Counted from the first letter of the stretch, positions 49,386-63,522 are shown. The stretch: DNA of 64,000 nucleotides from Eledone cirrhosa (GCA_964016885.1 OZ024741.1:124992001-125056000); one strand, 5' to 3'. Made by a program: numbers and translations. Notes: generated by a model from the sequence alone, not told the origin.

Positions 49386-49483
49386 ATATATATATATATA
49401 TATATAACGAAGGAAATGTGGTAAGGAACCAGGTGGACCATAACGCACCAAAGTACTCAATACTTGGGGTAGTAGAGTGGGTA

Positions 49484-49594
49484 ATAGGAACCAGTAAGAC
49501 CCCGACAGCTGAGCTCAAGCCGTTTCGACGGCTAATTCTGTCCAGAATTAGCCGTCGAAACGGCTTGAGCTCAGCTGTCGGGGTCTTACTGGTT

Positions 49595-49599
<5 letters not shown>
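49484..49599. repeat. Perfect palindrome, 57-bp arms with 2-nt spacer
   Basis: 49484-49540 is the exact reverse complement of 49543-49599. It lies in a block bounded by (TA)n. Confidence 0.95.
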
Positions 49600-49644
<45 letters not shown>

Positions 49645-49825
49645 AGACTGGATTCTAGAGTTTCCGTACATTAAAATCTACCCATAAAGCAATGGTCAAC
49701 GAGAGGCTATACCAAAGAACACTTACCCGAAGTATCACAGTCTGACTGAACCCAGAACCACATAGCTGTGAAGCCAACTCTTTATTCACTCAGATATGTC
49801 TGCGCCTGTGTATATATACATTACA

Positions 49826-49919
<94 letters not shown>

Positions 49920-50468
49920 TATATATATATATATATGCGCGAGGGTGTGTGTGTAATTTTCGATATATATGTATATAATTACAATATATGTTTCAAGTAC
50001 TAAAATATTCGAAACATTCAAACATTAACTGAGTACTCAATATTCCTGAGTAGAATGTAGAAAATTATTTCCTTATAAATCTTCAAATTATCCGCCTATC
50101 CAACCACTACTTCATCAGTGTACACCTTGTAGGTTTAAAACACCTCAGATGCTGAAACTTCCTTCTGCATTGAATCTGAAACGGTGTGGTTACTGGTGAA
50201 GAACTAAATTGAATTTGATGTAAAGAAAGACCGTACATAGTTAAATTGTATTTCAGGGAGATATTTTCGGATGGTTTAAGATTGTGTGTGAAAAGAGAAA
50301 ACTATTTATCAATTTCTGTAGAGTAAAATGTACATATAAATACGAATATATTAGCTGGAATGATTTGTGTATGAAATAATTGTCTGTACGTGACGTTCTG
50401 AAATTTGGCTAACGTTGCTTGAATGAAAACTAACTCAGATTTGACAAGTTATGAAACTAATCAAAAAA

Positions 50469-50512
<44 letters not shown>

Positions 50513-51144
50513 GGGTATCTTGGATTTCCAGTCGTTCTGACGACTAGTGTTACAGTTGGGTGATCAACGGAACAGTCTGTTTGTGCAAAGTTGAAAAATA
50601 CGAAAAGTAATCTGAACATAAACATTGGTACACCACCAAATAGTGTGGTACATTCTAGAAAAATTCACAGAATCCAAGTATAGTAGAATACTGAGTATAG
50701 ATAGAACCCATAGAACATTCTCGAAAATCACAGTATTCAGGTAGAACAAAATACGTATAACAAGATATTTTGAACATTTATTTGAAAAGGAAAAGCTGCA
50801 TTTCTTAACGGCTTAATGAAGCGAAGAAGATAACGTCCATCACATTTTTCCAGAGACTTTTATGCTGATTGGAGGAAAGAAAAAAATGATTTACAGGCCG
50901 AGATCCTGGCTTGAAGTTTTAGTAGCAGAGTTTACATCCCCGTTAAAACTGCTAACGAGTAAAGTAATAACGGATTAAGTCTACCACACAACAATAATCC
51001 CCAACGTCGCATCTTCACAGCTTCATTCAAATAAATTTTATTCAAAAGCATTCTTTGATTTGAGGCTTATCCAATGTGCTGCGCAGTGGGGTCGAAACAA
51101 AAGTCTTATAGAAGCGAAATAAGAATATTAATTAAATTAAATAA

Positions 51145-51323
51145 ATAATTGTTTCTACTTTTGGCACAAGGACAGCAATTATCCAGTGCATTACTGGTAC
51201 TTTATTTTATCGACCCCGTAAGGATGAAAGGCAAAGTTAACCTCGGTGGGATTTGAACTCAGAATGGCAAGGGCCGTAACTCTATGCGTCAAAACATGGC
51301 GTCCGACCCTCTACCGATACTGC
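51145..51323 (-). mobile_element. SINE (16919 family)
   Basis: Near-identical reverse complement of 16929-17110. Confidence 0.88.
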
Positions 51324-51877
51324 ATGGAACTTCATCGGTTTCTAGAATGAATGTTAAGTTCTATTAACGAAACACACTGTTCCTGAAATTAACGTGTAAA
51401 GGACTGAATATACTACAGACACGTGTCTCCTCAATGTAATGCTCAGTGGGTTTCAACAGCATGTCACAAAATGGCACATTGAACCACAGCTACAGTCTAT
51501 ACGACACGTATTTCGAACAGTTTCAGTCTAACCAATTTCCCTCACGAGGTTTGGTCGACTTGAAATTATAATAAATATCTGTTTCTAATAATAGATAACA
51601 CTTGCCAATATGCCATGCGGTGGGATTGAACACTAACTATAGCAAACTAAATATAATTGTATATAATAGTCATTAGAAATTTAGAAATGGTCGTGGAAAA
51701 CGTATCGAGCTATAAATTATATTTAAAGTAAAATAATGGTATATAATCTTTCTTTTGACCAGTAGCTCCTTAGAGAGAGCCGTAAGAGCGCCGTGTTGAT
51801 ATACGGTGTATGAAGAGGATTTTTTAAAACCTGGCGGAACCCATCTCCTCTCCCAGTTTTGATATAGCAGATTTCTT

Positions 51878-51961
<84 letters not shown>

Positions 51962-51964
<3 letters not shown>

Positions 51965-52590
51965 AATGCCAATCCCAGTCGAATTGGATGTGTAGGTTGC
52001 ATTTGGCTTTTAGCAATATCAAAAGCGCGTCTTTGTATGCACATTGTGAGTGCCCTATAACACTTTTCCTGTCTTCACCTTGGGAAACCTCTGCAAGATA
52101 CCCGTAATAATCGCCTTTCATTTTCAAATAAAATACTTTGCTCTCTGTAGTAGATGCTTTTGATATCAAATAGTTCTCAAGAAGATCCAATACTTCTGTA
52201 CAAATTGCTTTAAGTTCTAGTTCAACCTTTTCACGGTAATGTTTAGCCATTGCAAGCTTCCTCTCATAGTTTTCTGCTTTCGATTCAATGCTGGAGATGA
52301 CTCTCCACGATGACTGGCGTGCACTGACGACATTTTTATACGCGACCGATAGCAAATTCTTTTCCTCGTTGTTCAATTCTACTCCATTCTCTGTCACTTT
52401 TTTCATAGTTACGGCCATATCATCGTAGCATTCAGCCTGTTCGGCTAATTTTGCTTTCGCTACTAAATCCTCCTTTGAGTTACCGCTCTGTTCTGTCATT
52501 TTCCTAAGAAATGTAAGAGCAAATGGAAATTCAAAGTTATAACAAAAGAATTTCAAGGTTAAACTTCCACCTTTTACAAAGATGGCGGAT
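51962..52590 (-). pseudogene. 14-3-3zeta: Processed, 3'-truncated 14-3-3 (zeta-like) pseudogene
   Basis: ATG at 52499: [62 protein letters not shown]. Intronless, with a frameshift near 52045 before [22 protein letters not shown]. Stops at a (CT)n tract. Confidence 0.92.
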
Positions 52591-54074
52591 ATACAGAACT
52601 AATCACTTATAAGTGTGACATTTATTATTACGCCGTATGAATTTTATAGTGCTGGTTAATTCACAATAACTAATAGCTAGTGAATGTAGAAAACATTACC
52701 TAATAGAATGATAATAAAATTGACCCCGGCGGGATTTGAACTCAGGGAAAAGAAAACTAAAACGAATACCGCAAAGCATTCTATCCGACGTCCTAACGAC
52801 TCTGCCAAATCACCGCCTTAACGCTGTATGATCGTTTACAGAAATTATGTTAATTTTCAAAACAGAGCCTCAAAGGTTAGTGTGGTCTCAAAACTCACTT
52901 CTCACTGACATATTTTCCTATAATTTACTTAATGCATTCACACGGAAATTTAGACTCTGTGGTTACGTAGATGACAGAGAAAGTACTTGCCAGAATATAA
53001 TGCTTGTTTATGAGAATTAAACTCAGACGAAACTCGATAAACTTACTGAAGGTGAAAGGAAACTAGAGACTTAATAATATCAAAGTAAAACAAATTACCC
53101 TTCCACCACCACCACCAACCCCACCACTAGAAATAGATTGCAACAATATAAGCGTGTGGGCAATAAATAAAAACAGTGATTTATTACGAAACTGTTATAA
53201 TGAATTGTGTAACTTTCCTATGTCAGGCAACGTATGGTTAAACATGCGACAAAATATAGACCGTTGGTTAAAATTTGTAGAGTACAACACCAATCTAGGA
53301 GTCAATTATTCCCAGTCAAAGCTGAATAATTATAATGAAACAGAAACAACACATATAAATATATGTAGTCAACTATAATCGATATTTTCCGCTTACTATT
53401 TTTCATTTAGGCTAAATGTGAGTTTAATAACTTTATTAAGTGGGATAATAGTTGTCTTTAATGGGAAGTTATTAATATATAATTGAATCTGTGCACAATA
53501 CGAATACACAATGATATATGGAAATATTACGCAGAAGAAATTTCCTTTAAAATTCTCTTTTCTATAAGTATCAGCTAATAGTTCAGGATCAGTACATTCG
53601 CTAATCAATTACACAACACTGGTTTAAAGTTTGATAAACTCATTCTGATTTTAAAAGTTTTGACGCATTCATCTCAAAATGCATAGTAACTAGAAACTGA
53701 TTGTCTGAAGTTTCGTTAAAGTTCACAATGTCAAGGAGAGGAATAGTTCTAAAAGAATGCACTGGATATTTTAACAATATGACTGTGGACATTCCTTGTA
53801 AATGTCGAAGAGGAAATCACTTCTTTTGAGGGAATCAAAGTCCCGAACGGCAAGAAGTGGTATGAAAGGAGTATAGATGACAATGTCTTATGATATAAAT
53901 AATATCCTTTAATAGTTTAGATGTTGATCATGAACAAAGAGAGAATGATTTCACCAAATATTTCATATGTAACAGTGAGAGCTTAGGAGCGGCCATTGAA
54001 CTGAAGACACACTGAAAGTATAATAAAGTTTCAACTGATATTAATGAGACTTTATCCTATTTATTTCAGTAAAG

Positions 54075-54350
54075 TTATTTAGACATACAACACTAGAATT
54101 ATACTAGAGAAATATATACCCGGTTTCGCTTCGAATCACTGACATCGTAGCTTCATTTGCTAGACATAGACGCCGCAGTTCAACCGAATAACAGCCTAAA
54201 ACATTAAAGTTATTCAAATATACAACACTAAAATGATACTGTAGAAATATATACCCGCTTTCGCTTCTTATAAAGGAAACACCAACGTCGTATCTTGACT
54301 TGCTAGAAATAGAAGTTGCAGTTATACCGAATCACAGCCTAACGCCTTAA
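54075..54350. repeat. Diverged ~135-bp tandem duplication
   Basis: ATACAACACTA..ATACT..AGAAATATATACCCG.TTTCGCTTC..TTGCTAGA.ATAGA..GCAGTT..ACCGAAT.ACAGCCTAA occurs twice. Confidence 0.75.
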
Positions 54351-54779
54351 GAAAAGATACATAATGCTACATTTGTTGATGTTCTATTAGAATCACAGTA
54401 CCTGGAAATAGATAGCATGGTTATGACTGGAACAATTCTAGTAAAAATATATCCTTGAACTCGCGCTTTACTGCCTTAGAAAAATATTTGATGGGGTTCG
54501 TGATGATGATTTATACGTTGGTCAATAATATGTATGTGTTGCGTCTATTAGACCCTCTCCTGCAGTCATTTGGAAGCAAAAGCGGCAGTTTCGGGTTCTG
54601 TTATGCATTGTCTAGCCATTTCTTATTTGGTCTGACTGACGTGACCAAACCATTAAAGTCGGCAATTTTAAATGGCATGGATAATAAAGATATTAGCTGC
54701 CAGTCTGTCTCTTACTACATGATATTCTCTATCTATCTATCTAATCTATCTATCTACCCTCTTTCGCTCTCACAAATTT

Positions 54780-54920
54780 GAAGGGAAGGGAAAAGTCGAT
54801 TATAACGACCCAGTGTATTACTGAATTTTGTTTTATCGACCCTGTAAGGATAAATGGCACAGTTAACTTCGGTTCGATTTGAACTCAGAACGTAAAGGGA
54901 AGTAGCTATCTACCACCCTT
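54780..54920 (-). mobile_element. Diverged SINE (16919 family)
   Basis: TTTTATCGACCCTGTAAGGATAAATGGCAC..ATTTGAACTCAGAAC. Confidence 0.7.
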
Positions 54921-55310
54921 AGTATAATAGTAATAATAATGATTTTTGATTTAAAATTCGAAACGAGGAAACTCGACTAAATAAAACCTCAAGTGACTTG
55001 TTCTTTATGTATTGATTTCGAAAGACTGAAAGGCAAAGTTGACCTGGCAGGATTTGAACTAAATCAGTTTGTAACCTATTTAATTTGATATGGCTTGTAG
55101 TTTGTTCCATCTTATGATCACACCACTCGTGGAGTTTGGGAGGAAAGAAGAAGGCATTAGACTACATCTCAGAAGTATCACTTAGCATCTTCAGTGTGGA
55201 ATCGACATTAATTCCTCTAATACATAATTTCTGATAGCGTTGAGACTTGATTTGATTTTGGTGAAAAAAATATCATCGATTTTAATGAGTCCTTCCTCTC
55301 TCTCTCTCTT

Positions 55311-55438
<128 letters not shown>

Positions 55439-56894
55439 TTTGTGCGCTAATATATATATATATATATATATAATGGAAAATTTGAACAGGAACAAAACAG
55501 AGAGGCAGTACAACGAATGTTTATTAAATATATGTACATATATGTGCGTATGTGTGTTTGAATGGGTGTGCGTGTGTACACATATAAAGTTAGAATGAAA
55601 GAAAGAAGCTAAATGTTGTACTGTAACTGAATTAATGCACTTCATAAAACCATATCGTTTTAACGTTTTACCTTTTCTTGGTTCGTTAGAAGAAATTGAC
55701 AGTTTTCAAACCAAGATGAAATATAATGAGTAACTTAATGAATCACGTGTAGAATTAATGGATTCTAACAGTAAACTTCATGTAAACAGTCGATTAGCAA
55801 ACTTATATGACGTAAAATGTACTACCTTGAATGTATAAACCTATTATTTTGACAAGTAAGAAATAACAGCCAAATCTGCATCAAATTAAAACATAATTTC
55901 TGAGGTTGTCATAGAAACCAGTGTCATTGGTCCCTTGAATTTTATTTATTTTTTTTATTTTGTAAAATCGGGGACGAGTGCATCACGCTTTAAACATGGG
56001 GTGGAATGGCTGATGGAGTAGGTTCTGGCTGTTTTTAGCGACGTTGTTTTCACCATCTTGTCTACGGGATGCAGCTGTGTGGTACCACCTAGTCAAGGCT
56101 ATAAAGTTAGTCTCGTCTCTTCCATTAGGTTTTTCTTTTCACATTTCATTTTTATCTCCCTCTTTCCTATTTTCTATTTTCTGACTTACTCTTTCGTATA
56201 TAATTTCTTTCTTTAATACTCTCATTAATATTCCTTTTTCATTTCCTTGTTCCAGCTATCGTGTTAAAGACATGCTGGGACACGACCATTAAAAATTGCT
56301 AAACCTACAGAGGGATTTGAAGAAGCTTCGTAAAAGCCTGCTACTCTATCGCCACATTAATTTCTTTAAAAGTAAGGAGACAATGATATAAATATCATTA
56401 GTGCAATCTTGGTTACGCAATCTGTATGTAACTTTAATGATATAGTTATACGTTGCTGTTGACTCAATCTCGTAACATATGGCATTAATCTCACATCATT
56501 GCAGTACGTTACTATACATTTTCTTTGGCATACCTTATGTCTGTTGGTATTATGTCACTGTTGTACATTGTGGCATTAAATTTATGGCCATTGATGAAAG
56601 CCCGTGGTTTAGTGGTTATAGTGCTCAGCTCATAACTTTAAGATTGCTCCAGCCCACTCAGCTGAGAGAATGACGTACCTGCAACTTCACAGGGTCAGTC
56701 TTGTTACAGACTTTATCATGCTGAATCTCCCTCAGAACTATGTCAAAAGTACATGTGATGGAAGAATGTTCTGCCACTTGCACATGCATTTCACAAGCAG
56801 CACTTGCTTTGTAGTGAACACTCGTCCTCGGAACTGACAGGTCCAGCAAACACACATAAAGATATGCATATTTATTTCCAAAAGCGTATAGTTT

Positions 56895-56951
<57 letters not shown>

Positions 56952-56953
<2 letters not shown>

Positions 56954-57848
56954 ATTTCTTTATTAGCCACAAGGGCACAAAAGAAGGGGACAAATACAAA
57001 TGGGGAGTTTACATACAGATATATGAAAATAAAACTATTAATAAACTAACAAATAACAATTGAAATCCTCAATAGAGGGGAGGCGTTACACAGGGGTTGT
57101 ACACACCCCGAAAAAACGTACAACCCTCATCTCCAGGAGCACCAAGAGTGAGTACTCCCTTCCTCTCTTCCTCTTTTTCCTCAACCTACAGTCTTATATA
57201 GAGAAAAGGCCCAACCACTCGGGCCATCTTTGCCACATTCACCCACCTTTTATAAAATTTGCTGGGGTACAGCACCTCTCTCTCCATCCTGTTTCTTCTT
57301 CCAAAATGATATTTGAAAAAACGAATCAGTTGCTCACCGGAGAGAAAGGTGTCTGACCTCAGCCCTTTTAACTTCGTCCACCATATAACCTCTTTCACCA
57401 TAGCCATAACACATAGGAAAACCGCCTCTCCCTCGTTTTTGAAGGAAGGTGGCGGTTTGATCATGACAATGGACTCGGTGGTCCACTGGATTGGTCCCAC
57501 CCGCCACAATAGTCGTTCTACATAACCCCACAGGTTGGTAACGCCCGGGCAGTGTACAAATGCGTGCGCAACGGTTGACTCGTCGCGCACGCATCTCGGA
57601 CAGATCTTTTTCGAAGGGCCCCTACCCGGGCGCCCGTGTCTGAACAGCTTGTCTCGAACTGGTAGAGCTCCTCAGTAGCACTGCCAGGCCAGGGACTTTT
57701 GGAAGTTGTCCATTGGTCCCGGGCGGAAGGTCCTACCGAACAGACTGGCCAGTTCGTCCTCCTCTACGCATGGAGTTTCTCCGAGCGCGTCGTCGAACTT
57801 ACTGCGGACCAACCCTCTATAGAATGTCGAAGTGGAGTCTCCACCCTC
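56952..57848 (-). mobile_element. Tx1 family B 5'-truncated copy (ORF2 C-terminus + 3' UTR)
   Basis: ESTVAHAFVHC..VMAMVKEVIWWT..FFKYH is homologous to the family A ORF2 end. (GATA)n on both sides. Confidence 0.92.
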
Positions 57849-57897
<49 letters not shown>

Positions 57898-60800
57898 TGT
57901 TTCTTTATTAGTCACAGGGGCACAAAAGAAGGGGACAAATACAAAGGGGGAAGTTTACATACAATAAAAACGTGTAAATATTATCACAAATGCAATTTAA
58001 AAATTAATCGATTTTCCCCAATAGGAGACATTACATATGGGTAACACATACCCCCGAAAAAGAGATGTGCAACCCTCATCTCCAGGAGTACGAAGAGTTT
58101 GTACTCCTTTCCTCTCCTCCTCTTTTTCCTCAACCTACAGGCTGATATAGAGAGAAGGCCCATTCACTCGGGCCATTCTCGCCACTTTCACCCACCTTTC
58201 ATAAATCTTGCTGGGGTACAGCACCTCTCTTTTCGTATTCCTTCAGTAAGGTGCCGACCTCCTCGATTTGCGAGGCGCTCGACACCATTACTGTCACGTC
58301 GTCGGCGTAGGACGACGCCGCTTTCCGCAGTCCCGGTTCCAGAGGGATGCCCTGCAATAGCTCCAACTTCCGCAGTAGTGACTCGAGAGTCAATACGTAC
58401 AGAAGGCAGGAGAGAGGGCATCCCTGTCGAATGGATCGCGTGATATGGAACGGCTCCGTGAGGTAACCGTTCACCTTAACCCTTGAGCAGATGTTGCTGT
58501 TATGCATTGCAGCAATCCAGCCCCTGAACACGGGTCCGAAGCCTGCCGCCTCGAGCACCGCATCCAGGTAACGATGGTCAACCCTATCGAAAGCCTTAGA
58601 CTGATCCAAGTTGATCAGAGACCCACTGAAGCCGGTTTTACACCCTACCCTCTCTATGATGTATCGATTGAGGTGGAGGTTGTCGTGTATGGACCTGGTC
58701 GGGATTGCGCATGTCTGCGCTTCTCCCACCAGGTTCTCGACGACAAGCGCCAACCTCTTTGCCAACACCTTGGCCAAAATCTGTAACTCTGTGTTTAGCA
58801 GAGTTATGGGCCGGAAGTTGCTTATGTCATCCCCCTTATTCTCGTCCTTCCTGACTAGTGTGACTACGCCCCCGGTCACAGAACTGGGAATTCTCCCGTT
58901 CTGTTGCCAGTTGCAGTAGACCGCTTCCAGGAGACCGGAGAATAAGTCCGGCATTGCTACGTAAAATTCGTAGGGTAGACCGTCGAGACCTGGAGATTTG
59001 TGTTTGCCGCATTGGCTCAACGCGTCCCCTATCACAGCGGCTGAAATCGGCTTTTCGCAGAACTTTGCCTCGCTGTCCGAGAGTCACGGTAGGCCGTCGA
59101 GGTATGGACCGAAATCCATAGCCCCTCCCGGCGCGCCGCCCTGCCCGAACAGCTGAGCAAAGTGCCGCTGAAAGGCTGCACACATCTACTTCGGCTCACG
59201 TATCACGCGTCCGTTTTGGCCCTTCAAAGACCGAATCGTGGACTTGTTGCCACTTTTTGCCTCCGTCACTCGGGCGCAGCTAACAGCTTTGGCTCCCTCG
59301 TTTCCCAGAGCACGTATTTTGCTTCTGACAACGCAGCCTTCATGCTTTGCGTCTAAGAACTGGTCTAAGGCCGTTCGCGTTGCTAGCATGCTGGCTACGT
59401 TGCCACTTCTAATTGCCTCTTCTACTTTATCTACCAGTTCTTTCTCGGTTCTATTTCTATCTAACGCTAATTCTTTACTAAAAACTAACGAGTCTAATCT
59501 AACTGCCCTCTTGAGAGAGTACCACCATCTGTTGTTGACAATGGCCCCTGTCAAGTGCTGTTTAACCAAAGTGCTAATCCGTCTACTGTAGGCTTTGCAT
59601 GTCGGTAACGACAAGTTCAGCTTCCAATAGCCGGGTCTTTGTCTATGGGTTCTATCAAGGTTGACCATGCAGGTCACTAGTTTGTGATCTGAATAGGCAA
59701 CCATGAACATTTGTGGAAAACTTAACATGTCCCTATCCTTATTTCTAACTAGAACCCTATCTAGGTACGATCTAGACGTTCCGCTACGATTAGTCCACGT
59801 CCACAGTGGCACAGTCGGAAAATCTAGTCGATATCTATCGGCCAGGTCAAATCGGCCGATTAACTGTTTGAGGATGTTACACCCTATTTATCGGGACATG
59901 CCCCCACATAGTCCCAACGTGCATCTAGGATTCCATTCCAGTCCAGTCCCCCACTAAAAGCAAGGAGCGGGACTTCCCCAGAAAAGTCTCTAGACGTTTA
60001 AAGAAGTCTGGTCGCGGTGTCCCGGATGGGGCATATGCGGCCACCAGCCTGAAGGCTCCACCTTCACTACCGTCAACGTCTAGGACCACCAGTCGACCCT
60101 CCGGGTCCAGATGTATCGTCTGTGTTACGAGGCCCAGGTGTTTCCGCAGCAAAACTGCATCCCCTCCTCCACCCCCACCCCGGCTGACAGAGAGATGCGT
60201 AGATCTCAAAGTCATCGAAGATGGGGGCCAGCTGTCGCTCGCTGTGGATCCTGGACTCGCAAATGGCTACTACATCCATACTGTGCGACCTGAGGTCGTT
60301 TCCAGGGCATCCCCAGGCCGCGTAGATTCACACACCCAACTCTTATATTGGCCATGTTGGTTGTGAAAAGTTAAAAGAGGAGAAGAAAACACTCACCTCT
60401 TCGTCTCCCGGGGATCAGGCCGCACGGTTTCCATGGGGGTGTTAGAGGAGTTTCTGGGTGGGTGGTGGTTTCCGGCGGTGTGGGGACGGAGATGCTTGGT
60501 GGGGTGGGGGGTGTCTGGGGTGAGGGTGGGGAATCTTTTTAAAAGGACGCGGTTAATGCGTTTAACACAAGGATTACCACGTCCTTAGGAAAGTTTTCCT
60601 TTAAAGACTTATAGGTATCCGTAGGGACCCTAATCATCTTTAAATTAGGTTTGTCTACACAGTTCGAAAAAGTTTTCCCTTCGGTGAAAACCGAAGGGTC
60701 GTTGGAGATGACCTCCATTGAAGTTTTGTTTTTACTGTTTATGTATGTGTAATGTTCTTGTGTTGCGGTGGTTTTTGTCTGTTGTTCTTGTGGGAGCTTT

Positions 60801-62066
60801 CGTTTTGTTGTAGGTGTTTGTGTTTGGAGTGATGTCGTGGTTTTGTTTTCGGGACGGGGGGTTTTTGTTTGTGTTGATTGTGTTGGTGGTTGTATGTTTG
60901 TAGTGATGTTTGTTGTTTTTTTGTTCTTGTGGTGTCTTTTCTTCTTTCTTTTCGAACGGAGAGGCTCTCCCTCATCATCACTTGGTGATGATGTGGGGGG
61001 CCTCGTCCGTTGTGGTCTCTCTGTTATGGGGAGCTGTTGTGTTTGTGTGTGTTTTTGCAGTGGTTTTAGGTGGTGTGGGGTTGGGTGGGACTGTGCTTGC
61101 AGGTTGGTTTGTTGTTCTTGTTTTGGTTGTATTTGGTTGTATTTGCGTGTTGTTGTTGTTGTTGTTGTGGTGGTGGTGCTGGTGGTGGTTGTGTTGTTGT
61201 TTTGGATGTTGGCAGTAGTGCCTCTCTTTTTTTTAGTTAATTGAGGACAGTAAGCCTTCAGGTGACCACTGCTTGAACAGTGGTAACATGAAGGCCGCCT
61301 ATCCTCAACAGAAATGTTTATGTGTGAAATTCCATCCAGAGGCACACGTTGGGATATTTTAGCTATCCGTTCTGGCCTCATTTGGACCAGAACTTCTATG
61401 CTTGTACCATTGAATGTGCCTCTGGAGGACTTTCCCACCGAAATGATGGTGTCTTCGTCGAAATCGATGAAGCCAGTTAGAATCCACCAGACGTTTACAT
61501 TTGGTGCAATGTTCGAAATTTTTATTTTTTGAGTTCTTTTTCCCCATATATGTGGGGAAAAAGGTGTAAAGGGGGGACACAAACGGCGATACAGAATATT
61601 TTTGTGCTGTCAATTGGTCTTTCAACAACACCGAAATGCTTCCAAAAAGTTTCCCTTTTTGGATGAAGGCAATATCCTTCATGGAATTCTTCAGAACCAG
61701 TTCAATATCGTTTTGGGATAACTGAACTGGTTTTTTCGACACATTTGAGACCGTCCTAAAAATTACTGTTTTTAGAACAGTTTCTCTGCGTAACTGTTGA
61801 GGAGAAATGATGCTGAAAGCACCACTCTCACCAAAAGTTACGTACTGTTTTACATCGCTTAACATTTCCCTAGCATTGGAAATGTCAAGGTATGTGAACA
61901 GTTCCGTCTTTTGGACGGTTTGAACAAAAGAAATCGTTTCCTTGTTCGTGGAGTTGTTCGTGTTGCTGTTGTTGTTGGTGATGTTGTTGTTATCATTGTT
62001 GTTATTGTTGGTGGTGGTGGTGGTGTTGTTGTTATCATTGTTGCTGTTGTTGTTCTTGTTGTCATT

Positions 62067-62099
<33 letters not shown>

Positions 62100-62116
62100 C
62101 TGGTTGGTGTTGTTTA
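57898..62116 (-). mobile_element. Tx1 family B long copy, frameshifted, with an internal ORF2 deletion
   Basis: ORF1 fragments 61359-62116 and 60539-61582 (CYHCSSSGHLKAYC). ORF2 starts at ATG 60355 (MANIRVGCVNLRGLG), with EN and RT up to YADD, then jumps to the C-terminus at ~58230. (GATA)n at both ends. Confidence 0.92.
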
Positions 62117-62715
62117 TATAGATAGATAGATAGATCGTGTGTTTACTTATTTGTTCAGAAAAGAATTTTAGAATTTCACCTTTAGAAACCAATAACAAAA
62201 TGCATTATCATTTTCATTTCTTTCTTATAATAAATGTTCAATATATATAAATATAGACAAATAGAATAATTTTAATAGATTTTAAGATGAATCGACAAAT
62301 CCATAGGACTGGATCGTTGGCGTCGACATTCGTAGAGACATAGGAGGGAAAATGAAGATTATTGTAACATTATATATTCGGGTAGATGAATATTACTTTG
62401 GTGATTGCAGATTTCCTGTGTTTGTTTATAAGCTACTTTTTGAAAGACGTAGTTACATAGATATTCCTACATTACATCCAGATTATTTCAAAAATTCTAC
62501 TACTCCATGTTTCGTAAATCTTAAGTATCTTCAGTATATGTTTTAGATGATGTAATCATATATGATTCATATCTACCCTGCTATAACATTAGTTTCAATA
62601 TATTATATATATATGAATTGTTGTATATACAATAAACAAATGAATTGACTTAAGAAGTATTGGATGCATTTTTGATGCAATGCGTCCCAACGCAAAAGAT
62701 AATAATAGTTTATAG

Positions 62716-63242
62716 GTGTTAATATTAGTTACGGTCCTTTACGGTGGTGATGGTGGTGGTGGATTGTTTTGTGGACGAAGTCAAAATGTTTTTACTTTTT
62801 TTCTTTTTTTTGTGAGTGACGGTTTTCTCTCTTCCCCCTCACCACTAGCCATGAACAATTGGACCAAATCGGAGAAGGGTATGCAACTCTCGTGGTGTTG
62901 TTGCTGTAGTTGTTGCTACTGGGGCTAGTGTTGTTTTTATTGGACATTTTAGTTGTTGGTGGTGTCTTTCCTGCTGTTGACACTGCTGTTTGCGTTGTTC
63001 GCACTAGAGGACTTTGTATTGGATAGAGGGGAGGGCTTTCCTCCCTGGTGGTTGGCAGAAAAACCTGAGGTGAGTTTTTGCCCCACAAATATGGCTTTCT
63101 AAATTCTACGGATAAAACGCCCATTCCACGGTGATTGCAGTGAAGATTATCACCTTATGTAATCAATAATCACAAAATTGCGAAATAATTGTCGACAAAA
63201 GTAAACGAACATGTTTAAATCTCAACAGCGTGGTCTAATGAC
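62716..63242 (-). mobile_element. Possible 5' end/ORF1 start of another Tx1-like element
   Basis: A P/T/N-rich ORF (62792-63124) starts just inside a (GAT/AAT)n tract. Compositional resemblance only. Confidence 0.3.
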
Positions 63243-63522
63243 ATGATAATGATAATGATGATAATCATGATGATGATGATGATGACGATGGTAATGGTGG
63301 TAATGATAATGATGATGATGATGATTTCTCTTATTAACCACAAGTCATTGTTGATAATAGAAAGACAACACAAAATGGGGTTTTCTTGAAGTAAAAAGGA
63401 AGGGGGACATATCGATGTGAAATCAGTAGATATAATAATAATAGAAATTGTAGTTACACTTTTATCCTTTTACCTGTTCCAGCCATCCGGCTGAGGCCAT
63501 GCATAGTAAAAAACTTAAAGAA

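Noticed and set aside
51963-52556. Functional 14-3-3 gene
   Set aside because: It has a frameshift, a 3' truncation, no introns and substitutions at invariant residues. The ORF-track start at 52556 lies in the 5' UTR.
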